DNA of 64,000 bases from an uncultured Bdellovibrionales bacterium (GCA_964594215.1 CAZQLN010000005.1:2475-66474), one strand, 5' to 3'. Shown: positions 9,309 to 19,874, counted from the first letter of the stretch. Program-made: numbers and translations. Notes: generated by a model not told the origin, from the letters alone.

Positions 9309-11084
9309 TTAATAGGTAGAACGTAGAGCGTTCATGATGACACAAAAATCAATCAACTCTTGGAGTAAGGCTCCGTGCACCGGATCAATAAAACCAAAAA
9401 AGGCAGCGCTCATGCCAATCGTTGACAAACCAATTCCCAAGAAAAGGCTCTGGTAAGCCACTGTGTAGGATCTTCGTCCAATATGAATGGCCTCTTTGAT
9501 AGACATAATGTCACGTCCGAGAATAGCTACATCAGCAGCATCAAGTGAGGCAGAATTTTCCGTACCAGAAAAAACAATCCCTAAATCAGCCAATGCTAAA
9601 GCTGGCGCATCATTCATACCATCACCTACCATACCCACAAGAGTTTTCTCTCTTTGAAAACGTTCGATCAATTGTGATTTCCTTTCCGGAGTGGCTCCAC
9701 CATAGATAGGTAACTGAAACTGTCCAAGAACGCGGCTGGCATTTTCTTGACTGTCACCAGTAAGAATTCCCATTCGATAACCTCGATCCTTCAGGTAGGT
9801 AAGCACGTGCTCTACTTCTGGCTTCAGGGTGTCCTCAAAGAAGAAGCTGGCTTTACGAATTTTTTCTTCCCACAAATCCACCTGGATCCCATCTCCCTCT
9901 TTACGTTTAGCAGTCTTAAACTGGTAGCTCTTTCCATCGATAGTCCCCGCTATTCCTTCACCGAATACTTCCTTCACTGAATGTGTAATCAGGAAATCTT
10001 CCTTCTTTTTTCCTAATTCGTTGACCAATACTTTAGCCAAAGGATGGATAGAATGACGTTCAAGAGAAGCAGCAAGGGCAAGGGCTCGACTCTCTGTCCA
10101 GGACGTATCATGAAGGTGAATACTCCTCAAAACGGGTGATCCTATTGTAAGCGTACCTGTTTTATCAAAAAAAAGTGTCCTCGTCTTTGTCAGTAGCTCT
10201 AAGATAAAAGGGCTCTTAATAATAATGTTCCTCTTGGCTGCTCGGTTCAGTCCGCCGAGAAAGCTGAGTGGTACAGCAATCAGAAGTGGGCATGGTGTAG
10301 CTATCACCATAACCGCCAAAAAACGGGTCGCCTCCCCAGAAAGCACATACGCAGTAGTAGCAATAGAAAGTGCAAAAAGCGTGAAGACTAAATTATAGCG
10401 TTCCGAAAGTCGTACCAGGGGAGCGCTATGAGTCTTACCCTTCTCAACAATCTCTAATATTTTTCGATAACTGGAGTGCTCAAAATCTGATTCCACTTCT
10501 ACCATGAGAGCTTCACCCATATTCACAAACCCTGCCTTGAGGTGACTTCCTTCTATATGAGTAACCGGTAATGATTCTCCGGTAATATTGGATTCATTAA
10601 ACACTCCCCTATCTGACAAAAGACGTCCTTCTATGGGGAGCATCTCTCCTTTACGAATAATCACTTTATCGCCAGGTACAATAGCATGCAGTGATACTTC
10701 GTGATTTTTGTTTTCACTGTAGAGAAGAATGTTCTTAGGTATCTCATAAAAAAGATTCCGAAGCGTACTCTCTGCTCGATCAGTTCCGTACCGTTCTAGC
10801 GCTTCACTGACAGTCACCATAAGCGCAATAACCGCTCCAGTAAGCCATTCATGCATCACCAGAGTCGTAATCAGAGTCAGCATGGCTAAGTAATCAAGGT
10901 TGGTTTTTTTGAGACGAATTCTTCCCCAAGATTCTCTTGCGAGTATTAATACACCCCCACACTGAACCACTATCCAAAAAAGTGGCATCTCAAGGGCAAA
11001 ACCAATTGCAATTAGCGTCACAAAAAAATACGCCAAACGGAATTCTTTGCGGGCAAGTTCTCGTACAATACTGTTTGTATACAT
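9309..11084 (-). CDS. P1B-type heavy-metal P-type ATPase with TPCP transmembrane motif (P1B-5-like), no N-terminal metal-binding domain
   Basis: TGES, DKTGTLT and GDGMNDAPALA motifs. Transmembrane motif IATPCPLLIA (TPCP, not CPC). Start moved to the Met after the upstream gene's stop; AAGAAGAG SD-like sequence upstream. Confidence 0.85.
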   Translation of the reverse strand: MYTNSIVRELARKEFRLAYFFVTLIAIGFALEMPLFWIVVQCGGVLILARESWGRIRLKKTNLDYLAMLTLITTLVMHEWLTGAVIALMVTVSEALERYGTDRAESTLRNLFYEIPKNILLYSENKNHEVSLHAIVPGDKVIIRKGEMLPIEGRLLSDRGVFNESNITGESLPVTHIEGSHLKAGFVNMGEALMVEVESDFEHSSYRKILEIVEKGKTHSAPLVRLSERYNLVFTLFALSIATTAYVLSGEATRFLAVMVIATPCPLLIAVPLSFLGGLNRAAKRNIIIKSPFILELLTKTRTLFFDKTGTLTIGSPVLRSIHLHDTSWTESRALALAASLERHSIHPLAKVLVNELGKKKEDFLITHSVKEVFGEGIAGTIDGKSYQFKTAKRKEGDGIQVDLWEEKIRKASFFFEDTLKPEVEHVLTYLKDRGYRMGILTGDSQENASRVLGQFQLPIYGGATPERKSQLIERFQREKTLVGMVGDGMNDAPALALADLGIVFSGTENSASLDAADVAILGRDIMSIKEAIHIGRRSYTVAYQSLFLGIGLSTIGMSAAFFGFIDPVHGALLQELIDFCVIMNALRSTY

Positions 11085-11091
11085 GTTCGTA

Positions 11092-12546
11092 TTACTCTTC
11101 TTTTGAGTGTTGGTTCTTCTGGTCGTGTTCCATAAACCACTGTTGCGACATTTTTTGCTGTCGTAGGATTTCATTCTCATCTTGAATCAAGCGCTTTCCC
11201 AATCGAGCAATTTCTTTTTCGTCACGTTCTAATTGTCGAAACAGCCAAAGGATAAGAATAATAATAGCTCCCACGAAAATGGCTGATCCCAAAAAAAGCC
11301 ACCAGAAACTTCCTCGCTCTTTCAAAAAAGTTTCTTGCCATAGAGCAAACGGTGTATCATGAGCCACCCCCTCAGCTTGCCACAAAGAACACTCCTGACG
11401 ATAACCACTAAGTGACTTTTCCGTCCCATAAAATGGGTCTATGCCCTGACCTTCCTGAAATGCTTTCTCCATATCCTGACAACGTCGCTCTATATAGGCC
11501 TGAAATCCCTTACGAAAAGCTGTTACAAACACCCCTTCACCTGGTTCAATACGTGAAGCCAAGGCCATATCAGATACTCCATCAATCGCTTGAGCAAAGG
11601 CAAAGTTGTCACCACTCTTTCTCTGTAAAGCATCGGTTTGAAAGGTGACAATGCCCACCACTTTGCCTTCTTCGTTGAGCACAGGCCCACCACTTGAACC
11701 TTCCGATACCTTGGCATCAGTTTGGTATATTTTTTTACCTTCTGGCGAAATACGTACTGCACTCACTACCCCTCCAGTAAAAGTTACTTCACCAGAAGAA
11801 CGCTGCCCCGTTTCTGCAGTAGCTGGATAACCAGAAATATAGACTCGATCGCCCACCGCCACCTCCTTTGGGGAGAAACCAAGAGCAGGAGCTTTCACTT
11901 TATCTATTTTCAAAATAGCGGCATCTGTACCACCGGAAAGAAAATTTGGACTCTCTACTAATACCTCTGCCGGCTGACCCTCCGTGATCGCTTCAGTAAT
12001 AGTCCTCTCCATTCTTCCTGGATCCAAAACACGTACTTCTCGTTTCAAATCAAAAGTACTTTTTTCGAAAAGTGTCGAAAATATAGTCTGCACAAAGCCC
12101 TCTTTTCCCTCTTTAAGTAACCCATCAAGTTCATCATCACTGAGCGTCAAGGCATTCTCATACAGAGATGCTAGTGCTTTCTCTGATACCAACTTACGTT
12201 TTAGTGTATTAGGTGATACCACGTGTGCATTCGTCACGATGTAGCCATTTTCTTGAAACACAAAACCGCTGCCTGTAAAATACTCATCTATTGCTACTTC
12301 TTTATCACTATCTGGTACTAAAGTGATCGTCTTGGCTCGAGCATCTACCACTACCGAAGGCACTTTCACTGTACCAAAAATATGCGTGCCTATCTGCACG
12401 GTTGCCGGTCTTGAAATATCAGCTATCCCTCGCAGGGAAAGATCTTGAGCCTGCACCGCCAAAGGGCTTCCCAGAAAAAGGAAGCTTGTAAAAAGGAAGC
12501 TTGTAAAAACAGTTCTGAATGCCATTTTTGTTTTGTTTACATTCAT
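11092..12546 (-). CDS. secreted trypsin-like serine protease (HtrA/S1C-like, no PDZ) with C-terminal transmembrane plus coiled-coil tail
   Basis: Signal peptide. Catalytic His (TNAHVV) and Ser (GSSGGPV) motifs. C-terminal hydrophobic helix and charged coiled-coil region. Confidence 0.75.
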   Translation of the reverse strand: MNVNKTKMAFRTVFTSFLFTSFLFLGSPLAVQAQDLSLRGIADISRPATVQIGTHIFGTVKVPSVVVDARAKTITLVPDSDKEVAIDEYFTGSGFVFQENGYIVTNAHVVSPNTLKRKLVSEKALASLYENALTLSDDELDGLLKEGKEGFVQTIFSTLFEKSTFDLKREVRVLDPGRMERTITEAITEGQPAEVLVESPNFLSGGTDAAILKIDKVKAPALGFSPKEVAVGDRVYISGYPATAETGQRSSGEVTFTGGVVSAVRISPEGKKIYQTDAKVSEGSSGGPVLNEEGKVVGIVTFQTDALQRKSGDNFAFAQAIDGVSDMALASRIEPGEGVFVTAFRKGFQAYIERRCQDMEKAFQEGQGIDPFYGTEKSLSGYRQECSLWQAEGVAHDTPFALWQETFLKERGSFWWLFLGSAIFVGAIIILILWLFRQLERDEKEIARLGKRLIQDENEILRQQKMSQQWFMEHDQKNQHSKEE

Positions 12547-12583
12547 TTTAACATGTTTTGAAGAAAAGTTTGGATCAAGATTA

Positions 12584-13822
12584 ATGAGCTCAACCGTCTC
12601 TACTAGGAGAAGGTTTACCCTATTGACGAAAAAGGCTAAATATGCTACTATAGAGGACTATTTAACACCCCTCATTATGCAAATACCTCTCAAAAAATTT
12701 CGTCAAAAAGTTGGTGCTTTTGTAGCCGCTAAGCCCTGGCCAACTTTTGTTATTCTTTTAGTGATACTTTTCGGTATTATCTTCACAAGTTATACCCTCC
12801 GCGCACCAGAGGCACTTCCAGAAAGCACTCCTCTAGCCCCTAAAAAAGTCTCCATCTTATCACCTGATACAGGTTCTTTAGCTATCACCGTACCTGCTCA
12901 AGTCAAAAAAGATTCTATTATACGCATTACTGCCCTTACCCCAGGAATTGTTTCTGGTATCTTTGTACGTCCTGGCCAGATAGTTCCTCAAGGACGCACT
13001 CTTTTCACACTTACTAACGACTACGGCAGCGGTGCTTCTTCAATTGAAAAAGAGATCGCCAAAAATGATGCTGCTCTTGCCGAACAAGTAGCTACTCTCG
13101 ACAAAAAAATTCAAACACTTGATGAGCGTCGTATCAAGCACGACAATACTCTTAGTGGTAGCGCTGAAGATGTAGAATTAGCTACTCTCCGCAAAGACCG
13201 TGAAATAAGACGTTACACTCTTACAAGTAGTCGACTCAATCTTGCTCTTGCTCTCCGTAACGATGCTGTTTTGCAGCCAAAAAGTAGCCTGCCTGGTACT
13301 ATCACCAATATTGCTGTACGTCGCGGTCAGTTTGTAAACCAGGGCGACATCCTAGCTACCCTTAATGCTTCAGGTGCTGAAGCGACTCTTGAAGCCTCTC
13401 TCTCGAGTGATACCGCTTGGTTGCTTGACCCTACCAAAAACGCTGAGCTTATTCTGCCTACTGGCAATATTCCTCTTACTCTTATTTATCTTGCCAACCA
13501 AGAGAGTGAGGATGGTCTTTATAAAGCAATCTTTGGTCTTCCAGCTGAAAGTGCGCAAAAACTGGTAGATGGTCACTATACTGATATTCGTATTGCTCTT
13601 GAAAGTCATGACGGCAGTATTCTTCTTCCCCTTGAAACCATTTCGCAAGATACCAAGTCTGCCTGGGTTATGGTTGAAGAAAATGGTATCGCTCATCCTC
13701 ACACAGTGACCCTTGGTAACATCTTCGGTAACTACATTGAAGTAACCAGTGGTATCACCAAAGATACTCATGTCATTCTTTCTCGCGGCATTATCGAAGG
13801 AGAAGCTGTTACTACCGAATAA
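12584..13822 (+). CDS. RND efflux periplasmic adaptor (membrane fusion protein, HlyD family)
   Basis: N-terminal transmembrane helix, biotin-lipoyl-like segments (ITALTPGIVSGIFVRPGQIV; GTITNIAVRRGQFVNQGDILATL) and a central coiled coil. The track start at 12533 is a TTG overlapping the divergent protease gene, so the first ATG is used here; 12677 is an alternative. Confidence 0.7.
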   Translation: MSSTVSTRRRFTLLTKKAKYATIEDYLTPLIMQIPLKKFRQKVGAFVAAKPWPTFVILLVILFGIIFTSYTLRAPEALPESTPLAPKKVSILSPDTGSLAITVPAQVKKDSIIRITALTPGIVSGIFVRPGQIVPQGRTLFTLTNDYGSGASSIEKEIAKNDAALAEQVATLDKKIQTLDERRIKHDNTLSGSAEDVELATLRKDREIRRYTLTSSRLNLALALRNDAVLQPKSSLPGTITNIAVRRGQFVNQGDILATLNASGAEATLEASLSSDTAWLLDPTKNAELILPTGNIPLTLIYLANQESEDGLYKAIFGLPAESAQKLVDGHYTDIRIALESHDGSILLPLETISQDTKSAWVMVEENGIAHPHTVTLGNIFGNYIEVTSGITKDTHVILSRGIIEGEAVTTE

Positions 13823-13833
13823 ATACACCTCTT

Positions 13834-16800
13834 ATGGAGCATGGACCTTCTTTTTTTGAACGCGTCGTCTTTGATCCTCTTGATCATAAAACGTTAGTTG
13901 GTCGTTACTTTAAGAGTATCCGTACCATCATCCTCATTATCCTGACCCTAGCTGGTGCTGGTTTGGTTACCTATCTTTCTCTTCCTCGAGAGCTCAATCC
14001 AAGTATTAAGATCCCTATTGTTTTCGTAGCCACCTCCTACCAGGGTGCTGGGCCAGATGATATAGAAAGTCTTGTCACTATTCCCCTAGAGGATGCCGTT
14101 AGTGGTCTTTCTGGAGTCTCTAAAGTGACCTCTACTTCCAATGAAGGAAATTCTACTATTGTTGTTGAGTTTGCTTCTGGTACAGATCCTGATCAGGCCA
14201 AACAAGATATCCAAAGCGCCGTTGATACCGTCACTGACCTCCCCGAAGATGCTGACAGCCCAGCTGTTCAGGTACTCGATTTCCAAAATCAGCCCGTGAT
14301 TAACTTCATGGTATCTGGTACTACTGACCCAACTAGCCTTGAGAACTTTTCTGATATTTTGGAAGACCGTATCAAGGATCTTCCTGCTATTGAAAGTGTC
14401 GACCTTAACTATCGCAAGGATCCTGAAATCAGCCTGATTCTCGATCCGGCCAAAATCAACTCGCTTAATCTTGATATCCGCAGCGTAGCTCAAGGTGCCG
14501 CTGCAGCTCTCCAGTCGAGTCCAGCTGGTTCCCTTGATGGTAACAGCACATCATTTGCTCTTTCTCAGGATCAGACTCTCCGTAGTGCAGAGGATATTCT
14601 CGCTCTTCCAATTTTGGTCAATGATAAAGTCATCCCCTTAAGTGAAGTGGCTCGTATCGAGGAACGCCCAACTGTTAATTCGCGTGAAGCCTTTGCTTCT
14701 GTTGGAGGTAAGGAGCCTGCTCGAGCTATTACTTTTTCAGCCTTCAAAACAGATTCTGTCGATGCTACGGTAGCAGTCGAACAAATTCGCCAAGCTTTCG
14801 ACGAACTCAATAAGGTACATGGTTCACAATTCACTTTTGAACCTATTTTTGATGGCGCTCGAGAAATCAAAAAAAGTTTCGACCAACTTTTTCATGATTT
14901 CTTCCTGACTGTCGGTCTCGTTTTCACGGTGCTTATTCTCTTTTTCGGCTTACGTCAGTCTATTGTAGCCTCACTTGCTATCCCACTAACCTTCTTAGTC
15001 ACCTTCATGGTCATGGGAGCCAGTGGTATTAGTATCAACTTTATTGCCCTCTTTGCACTTCTTCTCGCTTTGGGTATTCTAGTGGACAATGCCATTGTGA
15101 TTATCTCAGCCATGGCTAGTTATGAGCGCACCGGTAAATTCTCACCTAGTGAAAGCGCTCTCCTTGTTTGGAAGGATTTTCGTTCGGTTATTTTCATTAC
15201 CACCATCACCACGGTATGGGCCTTCTTACCACTCCTCTTAGCGACTGGTATTATTGGCGATTTTATCCAACCAATCCCTATCGTTGTTTCTTCAGCGCTC
15301 GCTATTTCTGCAGCAGTAGCCCTGTTTATCGTCATTCCGATGATGGCCTTACTTCAGACAGGTAATTTCCCCAAACGAATTATCCTCTTCCTCTATGTTG
15401 TAATCTTTCTGATTGGAGCCGCTCTTCTGTTTGCTCTCATTCCGGCTGGACCCTACAAAATCCTCCTTTACCTCTTAGCACTCATATCATTAGGTCTTCT
15501 GTTTGCTCTATTTCGCTTTATCAGAAGCCAGGGTACCGAAAAAGAGTACTCTCTCATGAAACGCCTCAAGGGTTACGTCCACCAGGTTTCTGATGAAGGC
15601 ATTTTTGATTTTCATCCCCTTGCTCTGCGTTATCAACGCTTTATTCTTGGTACCTTAACCAAGAAAAAGGCTCGTCGTACCACTCTCGCCATGCTTATTC
15701 TTTTCAGTCTTTTCTCATACGCTCTCGTGCCGACTGGTTACGTGGTCAATGAATTCTTCCCTGAAGACGATCAAGATATTGTCTATATTAGTTTGGAACT
15801 CCCTCAAGGCACCCCTCTCAGTGAAAGTCGTAAAGAAGCCGAAAAACTTCTTCCTCTCTTGAAGGATACTCCCGATACTCGCTTTGTACTGGCTGAGGTA
15901 GGAGCAAGCCTCAATGATGATGGTGTATCGAGCGCTGGCGATAGCAATCATGTCCTCCTCACTCTTCTCTTGGTACCCAAAGAAGATCGCAAGCCAACCT
16001 CGAGTCAGGTTGTTGAAGAACTTGGTCGTAAGTATAAAAATTACCCTGCTGGTAAACTGTCAGTTAGTCAGTTAGCTGGTGGGCCACCTGCAGGAAGCGA
16101 TCTTCAGATTAAACTTCTTGGTGCCGATTCTGCTACACTCGATAACTATGCGAACAAAATTGAGGACTATCTTGAAACCCAGGCTGGCGTAAGCAATATC
16201 ACCAAGTCTATCCAAACGGGTTCCAGTAAAATTGTCTTTATCCCCGATCAAGCTGAGATCAAACGCTTAGGTATTCCAGAAAATGATAGCGCCTTCTGGC
16301 TGCGTACTATTGGTAGTGGCTACACCATCAAAAGTGATGCTCGCTTCGGTGAAGAAAAACGAGATATTGTCATCCGTCTTGATAGCAGTGAAACTTTGAG
16401 TACTCCAGATAAGCTTTCTTCTTTACTTATTCCCACTCCAGCGGGTCCACGACCCCTGAGCTCCCTTGGTAAATTCCATCTTGAACCCAATCCAACCAGT
16501 ATTACCCGTGAAGACGGCAAGCGCACTCTCTCAGTATCAGCTTCGGTGGGCGAAGGCTATTCAGCAAGCACACTCTCTAAAGAACTAGAGAAGTTCGCTG
16601 ATGAACTCAAATTGCCCGATGGCTACAGTTGGAAAACTGGTGGCGCTAATGAAGAGAATGAGAAATCCGTTGCCTCTATTCTGCAGGCCATGATTCTCTC
16701 AGCGGCATTGATCTTCGGTACTATGGTTATCCAGTTTAACTCCTTTCGTAAGGCCCTTATCGTACTCCTCGTTATTCCCCTGGCTGTATCTGGAGTATTC

Positions 16801-17154
16801 ATCATTTTTGCTATCACAGGGACCCCTCTTTCATTTCCAGCTTTGATTGGCATCCTCGCTCTATTCGGTATTGTGGTCAACAACTCAATCATCCTAGTAG
16901 ACAAGATCAATCGCAATATGGATGCTGGCCTTGATCTTGATCATGCTATTGCCGAAGGATCCGCTAGTCGCTTGGAGCCTATTCTCCTCACCGCGCTCAC
17001 GACCATTATCGGACTTATCCCAATCACACTTTCTGATCCTATTTGGCAGGGCTTAGGCGGTGCTATCATTGCCGGACTACTCTTCTCTGGAATTGCCAAA
17101 CTCTTCTTCATCCCCGTCATGTACAAGATCTTCTACGGAGAAAAAGAAGCCTAA
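13834..17154 (+). CDS. RND family efflux transporter permease (AcrB/HAE-like)
   Basis: 1106 aa, 12-transmembrane RND architecture with two large periplasmic loops. Follows the membrane fusion protein gene. Terminator at 17157-17190. Confidence 0.9.
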   Translation: MEHGPSFFERVVFDPLDHKTLVGRYFKSIRTIILIILTLAGAGLVTYLSLPRELNPSIKIPIVFVATSYQGAGPDDIESLVTIPLEDAVSGLSGVSKVTSTSNEGNSTIVVEFASGTDPDQAKQDIQSAVDTVTDLPEDADSPAVQVLDFQNQPVINFMVSGTTDPTSLENFSDILEDRIKDLPAIESVDLNYRKDPEISLILDPAKINSLNLDIRSVAQGAAAALQSSPAGSLDGNSTSFALSQDQTLRSAEDILALPILVNDKVIPLSEVARIEERPTVNSREAFASVGGKEPARAITFSAFKTDSVDATVAVEQIRQAFDELNKVHGSQFTFEPIFDGAREIKKSFDQLFHDFFLTVGLVFTVLILFFGLRQSIVASLAIPLTFLVTFMVMGASGISINFIALFALLLALGILVDNAIVIISAMASYERTGKFSPSESALLVWKDFRSVIFITTITTVWAFLPLLLATGIIGDFIQPIPIVVSSALAISAAVALFIVIPMMALLQTGNFPKRIILFLYVVIFLIGAALLFALIPAGPYKILLYLLALISLGLLFALFRFIRSQGTEKEYSLMKRLKGYVHQVSDEGIFDFHPLALRYQRFILGTLTKKKARRTTLAMLILFSLFSYALVPTGYVVNEFFPEDDQDIVYISLELPQGTPLSESRKEAEKLLPLLKDTPDTRFVLAEVGASLNDDGVSSAGDSNHVLLTLLLVPKEDRKPTSSQVVEELGRKYKNYPAGKLSVSQLAGGPPAGSDLQIKLLGADSATLDNYANKIEDYLETQAGVSNITKSIQTGSSKIVFIPDQAEIKRLGIPENDSAFWLRTIGSGYTIKSDARFGEEKRDIVIRLDSSETLSTPDKLSSLLIPTPAGPRPLSSLGKFHLEPNPTSITREDGKRTLSVSASVGEGYSASTLSKELEKFADELKLPDGYSWKTGGANEENEKSVASILQAMILSAALIFGTMVIQFNSFRKALIVLLVIPLAVSGVFIIFAITGTPLSFPALIGILALFGIVVNNSIILVDKINRNMDAGLDLDHAIAEGSASRLEPILLTALTTIIGLIPITLSDPIWQGLGGAIIAGLLFSGIAKLFFIPVMYKIFYGEKEA

Positions 17155-17156
17155 AT

Positions 17157-17190
17157 AAAAACAGTCCGCCAACTAGCGGACTGTTTTTTC
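17157..17190. terminator. bidirectional intrinsic terminator between the RND permease (+) and cyclophilin (-)
   Basis: AAAAACAGTCCGCcaactaGCGGACTGTTTTTTC. Confidence 0.8.
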
Positions 17191-17202
17191 ATCTCTCTTG
17201 TC

Positions 17203-17970
17203 TTAGTTTTTGGTATCCTTTTTGTCCTCTTTGATAGGATCCTCTTTGATAGTTACATTTTGAATATAGACCAAATCCACTGGTGAAGAACCTTCGCCAC
17301 CAGACTTAGTGGGTGCTGTGGCGATAGCATCGACCACTTCCATCCCCTTAGTTACCTTACCGAAAATGACATAGCTTTTTGGAAGAGCGGTGTCTTTATG
17401 CATAATAAAGAACTGACTCCCATTGGTATTCGGGCCACTATTCGCCATAGCTACTGTCCCTCTCGTGTATTCACCGTTAAATGGCTCGTCATTGAACTTA
17501 TAGCCAGGACCTCCAGTCCCTGTCCCAGTTGGGTCACCGCCCTGAATCATGAATCCCTGAATCGTTCGGTGAAATGGGGTATTGTTATAAAAGTTTTTTC
17601 TCGCTAAGAAAACAAAGTTATTGACAGTAATTGGTGTCTCTTTGGCATTAAGCTCAATCGTGATCTCTCCCTTGCCTGTAGCCAAAATAGCTTGATACAT
17701 CTTTGTCTCAGCCTCAATTTCCATTCCTGGAGCTTCTTTATACATAGGTTCAGCTTTTTTAGTTTGTTTAGCGGCTACTGCCTGAGCCTTCTTTTCCTCT
17801 TCGAGTTTTGCGGCCTCTGCTGCTGCTTTGGCTTTTTCGGCTTCTTTTTCAGAATCAAGAACAAGGTCGCTTCCTGCCACCAGCTCCTTTTTTCTTACTT
17901 CATCAGTACTGCAGCCTGTGAGCACTGCCAGGAGAAACACTAAACTCATCCCTTTCACAATATATCGCAT
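17203..17970 (-). CDS. cyclophilin-type peptidyl-prolyl cis-trans isomerase lipoprotein
   Basis: Lipobox LTGCS, Ala/Lys-rich linker, then cyclophilin core (FHRTIQGFMIQGGDPTGTGTGGPGY). Confidence 0.85.
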   Translation of the reverse strand: MRYIVKGMSLVFLLAVLTGCSTDEVRKKELVAGSDLVLDSEKEAEKAKAAAEAAKLEEEKKAQAVAAKQTKKAEPMYKEAPGMEIEAETKMYQAILATGKGEITIELNAKETPITVNNFVFLARKNFYNNTPFHRTIQGFMIQGGDPTGTGTGGPGYKFNDEPFNGEYTRGTVAMANSGPNTNGSQFFIMHKDTALPKSYVIFGKVTKGMEVVDAIATAPTKSGGEGSSPVDLVYIQNVTIKEDPIKEDKKDTKN

Positions 17971-18024
17971 AGCTCTACATCAAATATAGTATATTTGCTA
18001 CCAAGTATAGCAAACTGGCTTTGT

Positions 18025-19782
18025 TTAAGCAAAAGTAAAGGCGTATACTTCTGTATCTCCCTCCTCAATAATAATCTTAATAACCGCTTTCTTGTTTTGA
18101 TCACGGAAATCCACCAGTTCATACAGGCGATCCTCATCAATACGCACCTCTCCATTTTGTACATCCTTACCACTAATCTCTTGTGCTATAGGTACTCCAT
18201 CAAGAAGAATTTTTACCCGACTGGCTACCTTCGAATCTCCTGGTCGCATCACCAAAAACACCTTGCTTCCTTGAAATGAGAGACTCAGGCTGCTTCCATT
18301 TTTCATCACAGCACGCTCAGGTTCCACGGTCACCTGACCATCAAAAGCATACCCGTGAAGAGGCAATACTTGGGGTTGAGTAAATGTTTGGAGAGTGCCT
18401 GTCACTTCCTCGCGAGAAACTAGACGCTCAGCTCGATCACTGCCCAGGTATGTTTCTTTGGTCTTTGGCCCAGAAGATACTGACTCGATCTCTTTGGTCA
18501 CTTCAGTATTTTTGACATCAGCTCCAGCTTCTTTGAGAAGACTCTGAATCGCCATTTCCGTTTCTTCATAACCACCCTCACCAAAATGTGTCTCTCGAAT
18601 ATTTCCTTCTGCATCAATCAGATAGTGAGCTGGCCAGTAGCGGTTGCTATAAGCCTGCCAAGTAGCGTAATCATTATCCTGAGCCACTGGATAGGTAATC
18701 TTGTACTTTTTCAGAGCCTCAGCTACGTTCTCTTTCTTGTGTTCAAAAGCAAATTCTGGTGTGTGCACACCGATAACTACCAGCCCCTGGTCCTTATACT
18801 TCTCATACCAACTGGTCACGTAGGGTAGTGTGCGGATACAGTTGATACAGCTATACGTCCAGAAGTCCAGAAGAACAACTTTGCCGCGCAAACCCTCAAG
18901 TGTCAGTGGATCACTGTTAAGCCAACCATTAATACCTGTTAACTCTGGTGCCGGTCCAAGATTTTGGAGTTTAGACTGAAACATCGAGTCAAGAATATCA
19001 GACTGTATATTAGTAACCCCTTCCTTCCCTGTTCTTAGCGCTTCTAGTTGGCCAGTTTTTTCTGCCTGATTTTCGAAAACATAGAGAAATGATTCATAAC
19101 TTGGAAACTTCGCCAAAATAGTTGTTTGCAATTTTTTATCATAGCCAGTAAATATCATCACAGCGGATAAAATCATCACTACCCCAAAAACTCTCTGGAT
19201 AATACCCGTGTACGCCGAAAGAATTCTCGTACGATTAAGGACTCTCCCGCCGATCAAAGTCAAAATATACAGTGGCACACACACTCCCACTACATAAGTC
19301 ACGATCAACAAAACCGCCTCATACCCAACAGCCTGAGTTGCCGCCACTGTGGCCACTGCTGCAAGAATAGGTCCTGCACAGGGTGTCCAAACCAAGCCAA
19401 GAGCTGCACCAGTGATAAAGCCACCGCCAAAACCATCTCCTCGCCCACTCGTAAAACGTCCACCCACTCCACTGAGCTTACTCACTGCTACCTCTAATTT
19501 ATCTCCAAACCATGGTACCAAGAGGATAAGCCCCAGAAACCCAATGATGAATACTGCTAGATAACGCAAAGCTTCTGGATCAAAAGGAATCACCTTGACT
19601 ATGGCAGCCAGGGTTAGCGTGAAGAAAACAAAACTGACAGCCAAACCAGTTACCAAGCCGAGAGGTTTCTTCTTACCACCAGCCACTCCTGAGGAGAGTA
19701 CAATAGGCAAAATAGGCCAGATACAAGGCGCAAAAATAGTCACTATACCCGATAAAAATGTAAAGAAAAGTAGTACCAACAT
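18025..19782 (-). CDS. DipZ-like protein: CcdA/DsbD transmembrane electron-transfer domain, thioredoxin (CINC) domain, C-terminal beta-sandwich domain
   Basis: CcdA Cys motifs APCIWPILP and TPCAGPIL in the transmembrane segments. TlpA/ResA-like thioredoxin domain WTYSCINCIRTLPY. About 150-aa extra C-terminal domain, as in mycobacterial DipZ. Confidence 0.75.
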   Translation of the reverse strand: MLVLLFFTFLSGIVTIFAPCIWPILPIVLSSGVAGGKKKPLGLVTGLAVSFVFFTLTLAAIVKVIPFDPEALRYLAVFIIGFLGLILLVPWFGDKLEVAVSKLSGVGGRFTSGRGDGFGGGFITGAALGLVWTPCAGPILAAVATVAATQAVGYEAVLLIVTYVVGVCVPLYILTLIGGRVLNRTRILSAYTGIIQRVFGVVMILSAVMIFTGYDKKLQTTILAKFPSYESFLYVFENQAEKTGQLEALRTGKEGVTNIQSDILDSMFQSKLQNLGPAPELTGINGWLNSDPLTLEGLRGKVVLLDFWTYSCINCIRTLPYVTSWYEKYKDQGLVVIGVHTPEFAFEHKKENVAEALKKYKITYPVAQDNDYATWQAYSNRYWPAHYLIDAEGNIRETHFGEGGYEETEMAIQSLLKEAGADVKNTEVTKEIESVSSGPKTKETYLGSDRAERLVSREEVTGTLQTFTQPQVLPLHGYAFDGQVTVEPERAVMKNGSSLSLSFQGSKVFLVMRPGDSKVASRVKILLDGVPIAQEISGKDVQNGEVRIDEDRLYELVDFRDQNKKAVIKIIIEEGDTEVYAFTFA

Positions 19783-19874
19783 ACAATATATTTGGTTTAT
19801 TGATAGAAAAATCCGGAACGATCCTCTGGAAGAACGAGAGCTCTCTCGTCCTCACCAGAAAATCATTCGTTAGT

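Noticed and set aside
12533-12583. Track start of the membrane fusion protein gene at 12533 (TTG) and similar TTG-initiated starts (for example 57063 for SWIB)
   Set aside because: The ORF caller evidently translates TTG as Met. These starts overlap divergent genes or lack SD. Downstream ATGs fit family N-termini better.
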